A DNA stretch of 64,000 nt, from assembly GCA_963756895.1 (NCBI GenBank), contig CAVWPI010000006.1, positions 178,572 through 242,571 on the forward strand. Direction: 5' to 3'. The stretch is from an uncultured Actinomycetes bacterium. Its GTDB lineage: Bacteria > Actinomycetota > Acidimicrobiia > IMCC26256 > DASPTH01. Shown here one piece after another: positions 63,060-64,000 of this stretch. Under the pieces are notes generated by a model. It did not search any database, was not told where the DNA came from, and worked only from the letters and a program-made list of their open reading frames with translations. The translations under genes and the position numbers were made by a program. Positions within the stretch are counted from its first letter, which is position 1. Each line of letters starts with the position of its first letter.

Positions 63060-64000
63060 GTGATCTCCGGCGCCAGTGAGGCCAGGAACTCACGCGTGCG
63101 CCGCGACGAAGAGATGATCTCGTCGCGGTTGCTCCCCAGCGGCAGGATGCGCGCCGAGAAGTCGGTGGTGCCCGCGTCCAGGTACGAGCGCAGTCGCCGT
63201 TCGATGTCGGCTTCGGTGCCGATCGCCGACATGTCACCCACGTCGTCGGACTGGCCCTCGTCGAGCAGCCGCTGGTAGTTCGGCGAGTACTCGGCGTGAC
63301 CGAGCGCGTCGTTGGCACGGTCGATCGCGCCCTCGACCTCGTTCGACGCGCACAGGCACACCGCCACCCCGGCGACGACACGCGGCGCCGGCCGTCCGGC
63401 GCTCTCGGCCGCCTGCGTGATCTTCGGCACCACGTGCTCGGCGATGGCGCGCTCGTCGGCCATCCAGAGCACGCTGCCGGCGGCGCGCTCCCCGGCCAGG
63501 CGCAGCATCACCGGACCGAGCGCGGCCAGGAACACCGGCACCGGCAGGTCGGTGACGTCGAGCGGGTTGTGGATGCGGAATTGGTCGTTCTCGACGTCGA
63601 CCGGGTTCGGTCCCGAGAACATCGCGTCGAACACGTCGAGGTAGCTCGCGACCAGCTTGGCCGGCTGCTCGTAGGGCAGGCCGAGCATCGAGTCGATGAT
63701 CCAGTGGTGCGACGGCCCGACGCCGAGGCGGAACCGCCCCGCGCACGCCGCCTGCACCGAGAGCGCCTGCTGACCGAGCACCACCGGATGGCGCGATTGC
63801 AGCGGTACCACCGCGGTGCCGAGCTCGATGCGGCTGGTCTCGCGCCCCATGAGCGCGACTGCGGTCATGGCATCGAAGTCCTGCGGGAGCTGCGGGATCC
63901 ACGCCGTCGCGAAGCCCGCGTCCTCCGCGGCCTTGGCGTCGCCGACCATCTGGTCGATCTTGGCGTTGTACCGGCGGGTCTCGGGACCCACCATGATGCC
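63056..64000 (-). CDS. Luciferase-like monooxygenase (LLM) family oxidoreductase, probably F420-dependent; N-terminus at or beyond the window edge
   Basis: ...MVGPETRRYNAKIDQMVGDAKAAEDAGFATAWIPQLPQDFDAMTAVAL...RFRLGVGPSHHWIIDSMLG...RLRSYLDAGTTDF... The frame is still open at 64000, and similar proteins usually start a few residues earlier. Confidence 0.7.
   Translation of the reverse strand, partial: GIMVGPETRRYNAKIDQMVGDAKAAEDAGFATAWIPQLPQDFDAMTAVALMGRETSRIELGTAVVPLQSRHPVVLGQQALSVQAACAGRFRLGVGPSHHWIIDSMLGLPYEQPAKLVASYLDVFDAMFSGPNPVDVENDQFRIHNPLDVTDLPVPVFLAALGPVMLRLAGERAAGSVLWMADERAIAEHVVPKITQAAESAGRPAPRVVAGVAVCLCASNEVEGAIDRANDALGHAEYSPNYQRLLDEGQSDDVGDMSAIGTEADIERRLRSYLDAGTTDFSARILPLGSNRDEIISSSRRTREFLASLAPEIT

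Noticed and set aside
1-64000. Programmed ribosomal frameshifting or transcriptional slippage as the explanation for the frame breaks.
   Set aside because: There are far too many sites (tens), in unrelated genes and in both directions. I saw no shared slippery heptamer or downstream structure. The pattern fits indel error or decay instead.
1-64000. Mobile element, prophage or defence island.
   Set aside because: I recognised no transposase, integrase, recombinase, phage structural, restriction-modification, toxin-antitoxin or cas genes, and no flanking terminal inverted repeats or tRNA. Gene content is uniformly metabolic.

Overview
High-GC, actinobacterium-like chromosomal segment, almost fully coding (about 60 genes, many joined by ATGA/GTGA start-stop overlaps). 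It is a dense catabolic island for hydrophobic or acyl-CoA substrates. It holds 7 adenylate-forming acyl-CoA ligases, 5 cytochrome P450s, 4 PF04909-type amidohydrolases plus a D-aminoacylase-like one, 4 crotonases, 3 SDRs and 3 acyl-CoA dehydrogenases (one alpha/beta-style pair). It also has 3 SCP-x/Ltp thiolase-like genes plus a DUF35 partner, a Baeyer-Villiger monooxygenase, a TauD dioxygenase, a family III CoA-transferase, a solo carboxyltransferase and F420-type oxidoreductases (one DDN-like, two LLM). Regulators are 3 TetR, 1 FadR/GntR and 1 small HTH protein; there is also an MFS exporter and an orphan solute-binding protein. I saw no rRNA, tRNA, CRISPR, transposase or integrase. Two points stand out. 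(1) About 55 single-nucleotide frame breaks (counted by eye) interrupt otherwise conserved genes, and they are strongly clustered along the window. This looks more like homopolymer indel error than true decay, but needs read-level checking. (2) An 11-gene, about 13 kb, translationally coupled minus-strand operon (16.2-29.4 kb) sits under a divergent FadR-type regulator with a palindromic operator. It combines a BVMO, two amidohydrolases, three crotonases, an SDR, three tandem ligases (one fused to a PaaI-like hotdog domain) and a NIPSNAP protein; I cannot map it to a characterised pathway. Further candidates are an SDR / APH-kinase / unknown-protein module, a P450-TauD pair, several operator-like palindromes and a 15-bp x3 tandem repeat. 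All calls come from reading the translations and DNA by eye; no database search was run. Boundaries of frameshifted genes are approximate.
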